Assembly: GCF_006345805.1 (NCBI RefSeq)
Contig: NW_021833228.1
Span: 160,651-224,650, forward strand
Direction of reading: 5' to 3'
From: Octopus sinensis
Lineage: Eukaryota
DNA length: 64,000 nucleotides
This document shows positions 28,296-39,769 of the stretch, one piece after another. The notes under the pieces are model-generated. The model had not been told where the DNA came from. It saw nothing but the letters and a program-made list of their open reading frames with translations, and made no database searches. Position numbers and translations under genes: made by a program. The number at the start of each line of letters is the position of its first letter. Position 1 is the stretch's first letter.

Positions 28296-30341
28296 TTAAA
28301 CTTCATATACTGGTAGAATGTGTCAAGAGAAAACATTATTTGGATCTTTTCCTTTTGATAGATAGATTTCAACACAATTTCTAGTTAACTAAACACTTTT
28401 AAACTTCGTATACTGGTAGAATGTGTCAAAAGAAAACATTATTTGGATCTTTTCCTTTTGATAGACAGATTTCAACACACTTTCTAGTTAACTAAACACT
28501 TTTAAACTTCGTATACTGGTAGAATGTGTCAAAAGAAAACATTATTTGGATCTTTTCCTTTTGATAGACAGATTTCAACACAATTTCTAGTTAACTAACA
28601 CTTTTTAACTTCGTATACTGGTAGAATGTGTCAAAAGAAAACATTATTTGGATCTTTTCCTTTTGATAGATAGATTTCAACACAATTTCTAGTTAACTAA
28701 ACACTTTTAAACTTCGTATACTGGTAGAATGTGTCAAAAGAAAACATTATTTGGATCTTTTCCTTTTGATAGATAGATTTCAACACAATTTCTAGTTAAC
28801 TAAACACTTTTAAACTTCGTATACTGGTAGAATGTGTCAAAAGAAAACATTATTTGGATCTTTTCCTTTTGATAGATAGATTTCAACACAATTTCTAGTT
28901 AACTAAACACTTTTAAACTTGGTATACTGGTAGAATGTGTCGAAAGAAAACATTATTTGGATCTTTTCCTTTTGATAGACAGATTTCAACACACTTTCTA
29001 GTTAACTAAACACATTTAGGCTTCGTATTCTGGTAGAATGTGTCAAAAGAAAACATTATTTGGATCTTTTCCTTTTGATAGACAGATTTCAACCCAATTT
29101 CTAGTTAACTAAACACTTTTAAACTTCGTATACTGGTAGAATGTGTCAAAAGAAAACATTATTTGGATCTTTTCCTTTTGATAGATAGATTTCAACACAA
29201 TTTCTAGTTAACTAAACACTTTTTAACTTCGTATACCGGTAGAATGTGTCAAGAGAAAACATTATTTGGATCTTTTCCTTTTGATAGACAGATTTCAATG
29301 CAATTTCTAGTTAACTAAACACTTTTAAACTTCGTATACTGGTAGAATGTGTCAAAAGAAAACATTATTTGGATCTTTTCCTTTTGATAGACAGATTTCA
29401 ACGCAATTTCTAGTTAACTAAACACTTTTAAACTTCGTATACTGGTAGAATGTGTCAAGAGAAAACATTATTTGGATCTTTTCCTTTTGATAGATAGATT
29501 TCAACGCAATTTCTAGTTAACTAAACACTTTAAAACTTCGTATACTGGTAGAATGTGTCGAAAGAAAACATTATTTGAATCTTTCCCTTTTGATAGACAG
29601 ATTTCAACACAATTTCTAGTTAACTAAACACTTTTAAACTTCGTATATTGGTAGAATGTGTCAAGAGAAAACATTATTTGGATCTTATCCTTTTGATAGA
29701 CAGATTTCAACGCAATTTCTAGTTAACTAAACACTTTTAAACTTCGTATACTGGTAGAATGTGTCAAAAGACAACATTATTTGGATCTTTTCCTTTTGAT
29801 AGATAGATTTCAACACAATTTCTAGTTAACTAAACACTTTCAAACTTCGTATACTGGTAGAATGTGTCAAAAGAAAACATTATTTGGATCTTTTCCTTTT
29901 GATAGATAGATTTCAACACAATTTCTAGTTAACTAAACACTTTTAAACTTCGTATACTGGTAGAATGTGTCAAAAGAAAACATTATTTGGATCTTTTCCT
30001 TTTGAACGGCAGTTTTCAACACAATTTCTAGTTAACTAAACACTTTTAAACTTCGTATACTGGTAGAATGTGTCAAAAGAAAACATTATTTTGAACTTTT
30101 CCTTTTGAACGGCAGTTTTCAACACAATTTCTAGTTAACTAAACACTTTTAAACTTCGTATACTGGTAGAATGTGTCAAAAGAAAACATTATTTGGATCT
30201 TTCCCTTTTGATAGACAGATTTCAACACAATTTCTAGTTAAGTAAACACTTTTAAACTTCGTATACTGTTTACGAAGCATAATCATACGTTATCCAAATA
30301 ATATTTTCTTTTGACACATTCTACTAGTATACGAAGTTTAA

Positions 30342-30375
30342 CCCTTTCGTTACAAAACCGCCCAAAGCCGCCCGA
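30342..30375 (-). mobile_element. 34-bp inverted fragment of the right end of the piggyBac-like element
   Basis: TTAA CCCTTTCGTTACAAAACCGCCCAAAGCCGCCCGA is the reverse complement of 28262-28295 with 2 mismatches. Confidence 0.9.
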
Positions 30376-30760
30376 TATTCAACTAGTATACGAAGTTTAA
30401 AAGTGTTTAGTTAACTAGAAATTGTCTGGAAATCTGTCTATCAAAAGGAAAAGATCCAAATAATGTTTTCTTTTGACACATTCTACCAGTATACGAAGTT
30501 TAAAAGTGTTTAGTTAACTAGAAATTGTGTTGAAATCTGGCTGTGAAAAGGAAAAGATCCAAATGTTTTCTTTTGACACATTCTACCAGTATACGAAGTT
30601 TAAAAGTGTTTAGTTAACTAGAAATTGTGTTGAAATCTGGCTGTGAAAAGGAAAAGATCCAAATGTTTTCTTTTGACACATTCTACCAGTATACGAAGTT
30701 TAAAAGTGTTTAGGTAACTAGAAATTGTGTTGAAATCTGGCTGTGAAAAGGAAAATATCC
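30376..30760 (-). repeat. ~4 monomers of the same satellite in inverted orientation
   Basis: GTATACGAAGTTTAAAAGTGTTTAGTTAACTAGAAATTGTGTTGAAATC is the reverse complement of the monomer; the last three copies share a distinct variant (GGCTGTGAAAAGG, short ATCCAAATG). Confidence 0.97.
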
Positions 30761-30835
30761 CAAGATAGAGTTTAATAAAAATAAAGATGAAGAAAGTTTA
30801 TTTTTAAATGTAAAACTTGGAAATATTTATTTCAG

Positions 30836-30913
30836 GGGCTCCAAAGTGTGAGAACAGGTGTGTACACACAGAGGCTACATGTCAGGAATTAGGGGCTGCA
30901 TCTCAGGCAATAG
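30836..30913 (+). CDS. candidate 78-bp phase 1-1 exon A of the death-domain gene (APKCENRCVHTEATCQELGAASQAI)
   Basis: Acceptor AAACTTGGAAATATTTATTTCAG matches that of exon D; donor GTGAGT; open in the same phase as exon D. Confidence 0.6.
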
Positions 30914-31164
30914 GTGAGTATAAAATAATAGTTCCCAATTGATTTCTGTAAGGTTTTCTTCCCCCGAGTATATTGTGCTTGAAAGAATAACTGAAAACAG
31001 CTTCCATTCCTATTTTCCAATTGAACGATTATCTGTATAATAATTGAATTAAAGATATCGATTTACTGTGAGTTTATGAAATACCCATTGAGGTTAATGC
31101 TGTTGGTAATAATGTTCAAATTAGAAGACACAATAGAGTTAATTTTGTCATTTGGTCACAGAAC

Positions 31165-31165
<1 letters not shown>

Positions 31166-31195
<30 letters not shown>

Positions 31196-31545
31196 TTAAC
31201 ATCCGTTTCTTATGGTGGCATCGGTCGGACGATTTCACTGGCAAGGCAGTAGGCTGCGCCAGGCTCCAATGTGATCTGGCAAGGTTTCCACATATGTATG
31301 CCATTCCTAATGCCAACCACTCTGAGAGTGTGGTGGGTGCCTTTTTACGTGCCTCCGGCACAGGAGCCAGTCGGGGTGGGGGCTGGCATCGACCACGTTC
31401 GGATGGTGCTTTTTACGTGCCACCGGCACAGGGAACCAGTCAGGCGGCAGTGACAAGGACCTATGCTTCTATGGTACTTATAACGTGCCACAGGAACAGG
31501 TGCCAGTCAGGCGGCACTGGCATCGGTCACAACTACAATTTCCAT
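31166..31545 (-). mobile_element. SINE-like interspersed repeat with (ATG)n tail
   Basis: (CAT)n run followed by TTAACATCCGTTTC, internal direct repeat GGTGCyTTTTACGTGCCwCCGGCACAGG; it interrupts the conserved intron cassette after exon A. Family assignment from memory only. Confidence 0.6.
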
Positions 31546-32899
31546 TTTGATTTCGATCTTGAATTGCTTTTGATTTGTCACTTCTGTTATTGCCTGGTGG
31601 ACTATGATGAAAACGAGGGGTTCAGGAATGATCCCTAGTGAACTCCTACTTCTAACCGGAATTCTTCACATTTTACTCATTGCCGATCCTCACCTTACTA
31701 CAGGGCCTCTTCAACTCTTATAATCGCTCGTCAATCCCTAGTTTCCGCATTAGCTGTAAAAAGGATTTTATTAAATATTCCACTGAAATTTCATAAAATC
31801 AAGGTTAACGTGGTTGGTAAAATGGTTAAATAAGAAGACATAATAGAGTTAATGATGTCTTTTAGGACAGAGAACTAAAACATTTTGTTGTTTATTTGTA
31901 AACAGGTGAGGTAACGAGAAAGATTTTCTTTCTTTTACTAAAGTCTTTCCTAAGTTTTCTGATAGGTTATTGTTATTGTGTGTTATTGTTATGTAGCCAG
32001 ATGTCTGTCATGACATGTTGTTTAGGTACCTACCCTGAATGTCTCAGGTCAGAATAACTTTGTTATAAATTAAAGAAATTAAAAATCAAATCTCTAAGAT
32101 TATAAGTATAATGATCATTAACGTTGATTAAATATTAAATTTAGTATTGAAAGGTGAACATCTGTTTGCATTTAAATAAAATATTGATGTTGACATAAAA
32201 TATAAAAATAGGAATTATATATGAGTTCCCTGTGTGATTTGATCTCACCAATCCTTGTTTGTAACTATATATAATATACACTTATTACATTGTTTGGACA
32301 ACATTTACCATCCATATAGTCATTCTTTTTCTCACTCTTGTTAGATTTTAGATGATATTAATGCTAAAAGAGGCACAGTTTTCTGAGTGTTTCACCCTTT
32401 GGTCTTGATTGTTGCGTTCAAATTATTTAATGAAAGATAGTCATTGTTATTTGACCAGGAAATGAATTAATCATTAGTATTTGGCAGTGGACTTGGTTAT
32501 ATCTTTCTTCGTTTGCTCATGGAACTACCAGAATATTAGCTGTGCTGAGACACAATCATATTCATAGTAATGAAGGCTATATGTTCTTTACTCAGATTAT
32601 ATACAATCTATATTGATATCTAATATTGCACCGTCAAGCACAGTGCCATTGTATCACATATATACCCAATTATCATGATAATTAATAAGCTATAATTCAT
32701 TAACTCTCTTACATTTGTATGTCTGAAATGTAAACTTATTTTGTCATAGGAACATCGTGTACCCTCACCTAACATTTTACACCTTGTTAGGGATCATGGT
32801 GGGGAAAGAGTGTATGGTTTCTAGGTTGTTGGTGATGTTTTTTAGGGGACAGATTGTGTGCGGGGTGGGGGGTATGCACATAAAGGACATGCCTTGATG

Positions 32900-33270
32900 G
32901 CCTCGATGTCACTTAGCCAGTTGGGTCTTTTCAAGCACAGAAAATTGCTGATTGTCTCAGTCGTTTTAGTTATCTTCCCGTGTGAAGCTCAGCATCTGAA
33001 CATCATTTCTCACCACTTTGTCCCATGTCTTCCTCAGTCTTCCTCTTCCTCAGCTTCTCTCCACATTTAGAGATCCGCATCTCTTTATGCTGATCACCTC
33101 ATCCATATGCATCACATAACCATACTATGAAAGATCTCTCTTTTGAACTCTACATCGGATGACTCTTATACCCAGATTTGCTCTTAAGACATTTCCACTG
33201 TGACTTACCTGAACACTGATGTTGTACATCCAGTGGAGCATACTGGCTTCATTTTTCTCCGACCCTTTGC
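32900..33270 (-). mobile_element. degenerate RTE-like LINE 3' remnant
   Basis: Minus-strand translation gives EKNEASMLHWMYNISV...YGYVMHMDE...GRGRLRKTWDKVVRND, like RTE C-terminal motifs, with stops. Confidence 0.6.
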
Positions 33271-33508
33271 ATGTCTTCTATCTTCACAGCCTATCTTTCA
33301 TTATTGTGTTGTACATCTGTCCGTCCGTACAAGTCTCATACAATCTGCTTTCCACTCTTAGGGAGAAGCCCTTCGTTACCTACAGAGTGGGGGCATTTGG
33401 GACGGTTAATCTTGACTATGGTTATAGGAATATTTCACAATTATAAAATATCGATGTTCATTAAAGAAATTTTACTATAAAGTATAATCTTGGAAATATT
33501 TATTTCAG

Positions 33509-33559
33509 CAAGGCTAATATTTGAAGACAAAGAGGTCCAGACAGTAGAAGAGTCACGTG
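33509..33559 (+). pseudogene. 51-bp phase 1-1 cassette exon B with mutated donor (RLIFEDKEVQTVEESR)
   Basis: Same acceptor CTTGGAAATATTTATTTCAG, open frame, but the homologous donor reads CTGAGTA instead of GTGAGTA. Confidence 0.45.
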
Positions 33560-34329
33560 CTGAGTATAGAATGACATTACATAATTGATTTCTATAAATT
33601 TTAGCTTTTACTGAGCTATTGTGGTCAATAGAATGACCGAGAACAGGTTCCACTGCTACATTTCATTTGAATGCTTCGCTATAAAGAAGTTCTGTTCTTC
33701 TACAACAACACGAATATCCAATAAATGTACTTTATGCAAACATCAGTTACTCATTCACTCGCAGAAAGAAAGATACAAAAATTAAATATAAACCCTGAAA
33801 CAGTTCTCTCCCGTTAAGGAGAATATTCGCCCTGTTTGTCATCTCATTGTACTCTCATTCATTCTCTCTCTCACTCATGCTCTTTCTCTCCGTCTTTTCA
33901 AGAAAGATGCTGGTTAAAAGTTTCAATACAATAAATGATATCATCCTCATCCTTTCTCATCTGCTCTCCATGCTCCATACACTAGGTGGGTCATCACTGT
34001 CCAAGTCAGTTGTATCTGAAATTACTGCCAACCGTCATTTGTTGAGGAAAACATCTCACTTAAACATTGCAGCTTTTCTAAGGTGGTAGACCCTTTCTAA
34101 CCCCAACCACTTTATAAAGGGTCCTGGGTATATTTTATTGTCGCACAAGCATTAGAAATGATCATCAATTTCCCAACAATATCAAACGTTCCTTTCAAAC
34201 TTGTGGTTTCATCTTTCCTAGTTTCCACCAACCACTTCCTGGTGTGTTCTGGGAGCATTTAATTATAGCACAAGTAGTAATCAAGTTGTGTAACATTCTA
34301 CATAATTAGACGGTCCTCACTACTCTATG

Positions 34330-34683
34330 ATGTTTTGCTTCACTGAAGCTGATGACATTTTCAGGAGGTGAGAAGGGAATGTGATGACAAAAGAATCAGG
34401 ATGCGGGGAGAGAAATTTGCAATACCCCCTCTCCCGGCTGTGGGGTCTTTGTCTTACATGTCTTTTGGCTAAATATGCCAGTACTTGTGCTTTATAAAAA
34501 GGGGCCACGTACACTCTGTGAGGTGGTTGGCATCAATAAGAGCATCCTACCATAGAAAACCATGCCAAAGAAACCATCTGGGGCCTGGTGCAGTTGTCTG
34601 GCTTGTCAGATCCTGTCAAGATTTCCAACCCATTCCAGCATGGAAAACAAACTTTGAATGTTGATGATGATGATGATGATGCT
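34330..34683 (+). mobile_element. SINE/LINE-tail-like repeat ending in (GAT)n
   Basis: CCAACCCATTCCAGCATGGAAAAC...TGATGATGATGAT tail resembles the reverse complement of 31166-31230; left boundary uncertain. Confidence 0.45.
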
Positions 34684-35580
34684 GTTCCAGTAACTCATCA
34701 TAATTCTTTGTCTTAGATTGTTACAGTAGTTTCCTGTCTGGTATAACATATTAGCTCATTATAATAATATCGATTGTGGAAACCGGTTCAGTGATTTTGA
34801 TAACATTCATATTGAACAGAGAACATATGTTCACATTTGAACAAAACATTGATGCTAACATATGCAATACATGGAAAGGAATGAACGTATGAGATTCCAG
34901 TGTGACTTGAACTCACAACTCTTTTCTAACTATATATATATATAATTATCGCTTGTTACGATGTTTGAATAACGTTTACTGTCCATATATAGACATCGTT
35001 ATACTGACAATTGTTGGCTTTGAGATGGTTTCAATTGTAAGAGAGTCACTGTTTTCAGTCTTTCACATTTTGGTTTTACTTCCGACTTGATTGTTATGTT
35101 GAAATTAGATCATGGAACCTGGTCATTGTTATTTGACCAAGAAAAGAATTCATCATTAGTGTTCGGTACTGGAAATGGTTACATTTTTCTATGGTTTCTC
35201 ATGGAACTACCATAATATCAACTGTGCTGAGACACAACCATATTAATTGTAACAAATGTCACATGTTCTTCACACAGATTTTATACAATCTATATTGATA
35301 GTTAGTGTTTATACGCCGCATTAACATGATAATTAATCAGCTATCATTCATTAACTCTCTTAAACTTGTCTTTGTGAATGTTTCATAGCATTATCTTGTA
35401 CCCTCATCTGATATTTTACACCTTATTACCCTCAAAGTTAACATAACTTTTACATGGGTACACAACCACATCCCTACGAACTAGTTTTTACAGCTGTATG
35501 CCCTTCCCACAATAATAAAGTGTTGATTATCAATAACTATAATGAAATTATACTATGAAACTTGAAAATATTCATTTCAA

Positions 35581-35628
35581 AGACTCCAACTTCTGTGAAG
35601 GATGCCTTGACAACATCACAGCCAGTTG
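35581..35628 (+). pseudogene. 48-bp phase 1-1 cassette exon C with mutated acceptor (TPTSVKDALTTSQPV)
   Basis: Intact donor GTGAGTA, open frame; the homologous acceptor reads CTTGAAAATATTCATTTCAA (CAG to CAA). Confidence 0.45.
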
Positions 35629-38127
35629 GTGAGTAGCAATAACAGTACCTCATGGATTTCTATATTTTTAACCTTCACCTGAGCATTTGTAGTTTATCAG
35701 AATGACTGAGGACAAGATCCATTCCTAATTTACATCTGAAATATTAGCTGTATAATAATTCTATTAGTCATTTTGATATCAATGGAATTTCACAAAATAT
35801 CCATGGTTCGGAAAATGGATAATTTAGAAGACAATAGAATTAATACTGTATTTTGAAACGGAGGACTAAAATATGTAGTTTCTAAGTTTACTGATAGGTT
35901 ATAGCTGTTGTTGCTATTTAGGCAAATATCTCTCATAATGTGACAGATTTACAATGAAATGTGTTCCTTATGTGAACACCCTGCCTTTTTGTTTTCACTG
36001 ATAATAAATTTATCATTACATCCCCTAAACATTGTCTTTATCCATGTAAAAGTATTAGGTTTGATGTTGAGACAACCGTTCTCTCTCTCCCTCTCTCTCC
36101 AAGATAGACACTGATGACCCTCATCATTTATCATCTGATGTCTATGCTCCTATCGATTGGATGGATGATTCCTATCCATGTCAGTTCTTATCAACAAATA
36201 CTTGATTGGATGAGGAACACATTCCGGCTTTTCTATGGTGATGTGCCTTTCCTAACATCAACCTCTTTAAAAAGGGCCTTGGGCACAATTTTGTTCCAAA
36301 AGCCCTAGAAAAATGATCATGTCGTCAACAAAATTAAACGCTCCTCTTTAACTTCTACAAGGGAATTCTGTTTGCAGATACTGAGAACAGAAAGCTAAAA
36401 TACAATAAAGATGAACTGGATGGATATATGCTGGAGATCCAAAGCAAAAGCAATGATTCCCATTCATAGACAGTTTGAAATGTCCATTGAAACCAGCAAT
36501 CAAATACCGATTGATTAGTTCAGACTAATTTCAACCTTGAATATAGATGGCGAGATTTATAAGGTTGTATTCACAAAGAGATCAACTGTAAATCTACAGA
36601 ATAATGAATATGGGACTAAAAGTATCTCGAAGACTGGAATCCTCTGGCATTCCTGGCTGTGTGGAACATGTGTCTTAAATCTAGGATGTGATACAAGACG
36701 GAAAGAAGAATAAAAGGGATTGAATGTTGTGTGATTTGATCTGGTTTATGGTTCTCTAGCAAACAAATTGTTGATGGAAGCAGTGGACCTGTTTTATATA
36801 TGAGAAAAGATTAAGGATCTGATGAGGAGCTGCTATAACAATTTCGATATGCAGTTCATGAGGAAAACTTTCTCGGCAGACTGGTGTCATTTTGAAACGA
36901 GAATTGCTGTAGTTTCTACAAAATCAGTCATTTGGTTTGTGATTGTTATGGAGACGTTACTTAAATCAGCAGATTGATAAGAAATGGCTCAAAGGAAAAC
37001 ACTCGAGAAGACATTAATGGATTACATAACAATAGTAACAACAATAAAAGGATATGCAAATAGTTCTGGATTAACTCGGTAGACTGAGGAACTTGGTGAA
37101 GAATGTGGTTCAATGCAAATGAGTAATGCAGCCCGTCATTTGTGAAAGGTCAGCAGAAACAAGTGAAGGTCAAAATAGCAGGAGAAACCCTGATGAAGTT
37201 TAAAGGGAAACTTGAAAAAACTATTACGACGATGGTACACTACCTAATTTTGCAATAAGAGTAAGGCATTGAGATCAAGTCACAGAACGAAGATGGGTTA
37301 AAAGAAATAAATATGCCAAACATTCTGGAAAATAAAGATTTGGAGCTCGCACTTTGTATTCCGTCTTTCTTTTATATTTTGAGTATCAGTCCTTTTGTAC
37401 CATTTCAGATGTCTTCACTGCAATAATGTGTAGATGTCCAGTTGTATGTAGTGAATGGGGTTTTGTACAAGTGTACAGTGTTTTAGGACACCTGATATCA
37501 CTTTTTGTTTCATCTGTGGAGGACTGATCATTGCTCACCTTTATTAAGGAGTCTTAAAATATTCCCTGTACCAGATAATGACCAGGTGAACTGAGATGTG
37601 GGATGATAAAATTCAAGATTTCCAACAGCAAAGAGAACAGGTATTACGTTTATTTTACTTGAAGTGGTGTGTCATGCATTTGTGACGAGATCTTTGGAGA
37701 CCACATTGGATGATATTGGACTTTAGCAGAAGATGAGGAGAATGGTGGTTAGTGAAGTGTAGAGTTCAGAGGACAGTCACATGTCATAGATATGGTACAG
37801 ATATATGAAAGGAGAGAGAGAACTATGAGAAGAAACAGTCTCATGAAATGATAATTAAATGAAATAATTGCAACAATGTTAGATTATGTAGGATGTCTCT
37901 GTTAAAGAGAAACCTGGTTTCGGAAAGTTAGTCTATTTTGTTGCGGGCCTAAATATTGAGCTATTACCTGGTCCCACGATGGAAAGTATAAAAATACTGA
38001 GCAAAACCCTAGTGGTCACCAGCCAACCACTGATGATAACAATGTCCCACAACAATAAACTACAGAATATTTATAGAGATAAATAAGTTTTACAATCAAT
38101 TATAAAACTTGGAAATATTTATTTCAG

Positions 38128-38199
38128 AGAGTCCAGTTCTGAAGGAGAGGGATCTTCTGAGAGTGGCTAAGAGGTTAGGACGTGATTGGTGGCAAGTGG
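38128..38199 (+). CDS. 72-bp exon D, N-terminal part of a death domain (SPVLKERDLLRVAKRLGRDWWQV)
   Basis: TTTCAG acceptor and GTGAGT donor; L-x-x-x-A-x-x-L-G-x-D-W motif of death-domain helices 1-2; splices in frame to 39770. Confidence 0.85.
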
Positions 38200-38989
38200 G
38201 TGAGTATATTTGATTTCTATATATTTACTTTCACCTGATCTATTTTATTTGTCAGAATGAATGAGAACAAGTTACATTCCTCATTTCCAATTGATAGGTT
38301 ACCTGTATGACAATTTTATTTACGATATTCCTGATATTTCATAAAATATCCACTGGGGTTAGCATGGTTGGTAATAATGGATAAACTAGAAAACACAAAT
38401 GGCGTTTAATATTATCTTTTGGAAGAGGGAACTAAAATATATTGTTTAAGGGTAAACAGGTGAGTGAATTTGTTTTACATTTTCTTTAGGTTCACTGTTA
38501 GGTTATTGTAATGAAGGACAAGTACCAAAGTTCACATCTAAAACAAAGCATCTTTATTCAAACAGAAGACTTTGAGTTTGGTTCTTCTTGCAGCCATTAT
38601 TTATTGGGTTATTGTGTTGGAAGCTGATAATTCCAATTTATTTTGCCATTTTGCAATGACTTTACCACATCACATGTGTCTGTAAATGCTTCAATAAAAA
38701 GAGATTTAATAAAGGTGACACAGCGAAATCCTATCATTCTCCTCAGGCGAAAACAAAGAATTCCTTTAAGGGAATTTACCAGAAAATGAACATTCACAAT
38801 TCAAGCCGAACTGCAGGGGGCATCTCTCATTGAGACTGACATAATAATAACTGAATAGGCTCTGTAGAATTGATCGAACCTGGAGTTCATTGGAGAAGTT
38901 TGAAATGGGATTGAATTTGACTTAGAATTATCGACTGTTGGACAATCACTGATCATTCGATTTCCAGTGTCCTCTTGGGATCTTTGCAA

Positions 38990-39440
38990 GGTAGTAGATG
39001 ACACAGAGGGACAGTACTTTCATGACCCTTTGAATACCAGGTCTGAAATCTACCAGAATAAGACAGGTATATGGGATTCATTCTAAGGGTCTTTGGAGTA
39101 ATGTTACTCAATAGGATTTACAGTTCAGAGATCTGGGAGTCTCTCCAGGTTGAACCACGTCTCCTCCACATCTGTGGTACCTCGGACATGTAATCAGGGT
39201 GTTGCAGGAATGAATTACAGGACAGGTTCTCAAAGTCAAACCAATGGAACAGGGTACCGAGGGGGAGCCAAGAAAGAAATGGTTGGATGATATCCATAGT
39301 CTTAGTTCTTCACATCATAGAATACAAGCAGAATGTCTAATGATGGATGCTTCTGATAGGACCCTATGGAGGAGGTGCCTGAGGACTCTTTCCCCACAGC
39401 CCTTTCAAGAATATTGAGCAGAGGAAATGGATGGATCATA
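38990..39440 (+). mobile_element. degenerate RTE-like LINE 3' remnant in the last intron
   Basis: Translated pieces HLWYLGHVIRV and GEPRKKWLDDI resemble RTE RLRWFGHV and GRPRKRWLD motifs; frameshifted. Confidence 0.5.
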
Positions 39441-39769
39441 TGCTTTCACTGTTGGAGGTCAATGTTAATTCTTGAGGTTCTGATATACTTTTGCCTTCAC
39501 AAAAGTTTTCCTGCCCTCGTTTACCATATATTTTCTCAAGTATAATTTTCAATTAATTTTCTTTAAAAATCTCGTTTAATTCAAACTCTTTGTTATTTTT
39601 GTCAATAGAAAACAATGTCTTATATTTTTCATGTTTCTTAGCTATTTCTTTTTTTTATTTCTCTAATGATAAAGTTTGTTTGTTTTATTCATAACAACCT
39701 ACAGTACACAGCGTTTTATGTTATTGTCAATGTTGTTGCATTTATTTCTTATTGTTGTGTCTTTTGCAG

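Larger units (their letters stand above)
1..30268 (+). repeat. 103-bp AT-rich tandem satellite array, ~270 monomers, interrupted by two TTAA-element copies
   Basis: Consensus TCAACACAATTTCTAGTTAACTAAACACTTTTAAACTTCGTATACTGGTAGAATGTGTCAAAAGACAACATTATTTGGATCTTTTCCTTTTGATAGACAGATT; period measured directly (2691 to 2794 = 103 bp); continues to the window start. Confidence 0.99.

Noticed and set aside
1-30268. Satellite as a CRISPR array
   Set aside because: The whole 103-bp unit repeats with no unique spacers, there are no cas genes, and the context is eukaryotic.
30252-30280. loxP-like half-site: monomer TAAACTTCGTATA matches 11/13 of the loxP arm ATAACTTCGTATA, and a pseudo-palindrome forms at the inversion
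   Set aside because: Arms are in direct orientation in the array; at the junction the CTTCGTA/TACGAAG spacing is 7 bp versus 12 bp in loxP; no tyrosine recombinase is present. Treated as coincidence.
31116-31638. Overlapping short ORFs at 31.1-31.6 kb
   Set aside because: They lie in a SINE-like repeat and (CAT)n tract with no protein motif.
36370-37260. Possible old LINE remnant in the intron before exon D
   Set aside because: Purine-rich and coding-like, but I could not recover diagnostic motifs.
39676-39769. N-terminal hydrophobic part of ORF 39676-39969 as a transmembrane or signal segment
   Set aside because: It is the T-rich intron end before the acceptor at 39769; the coding exon starts at 39770.
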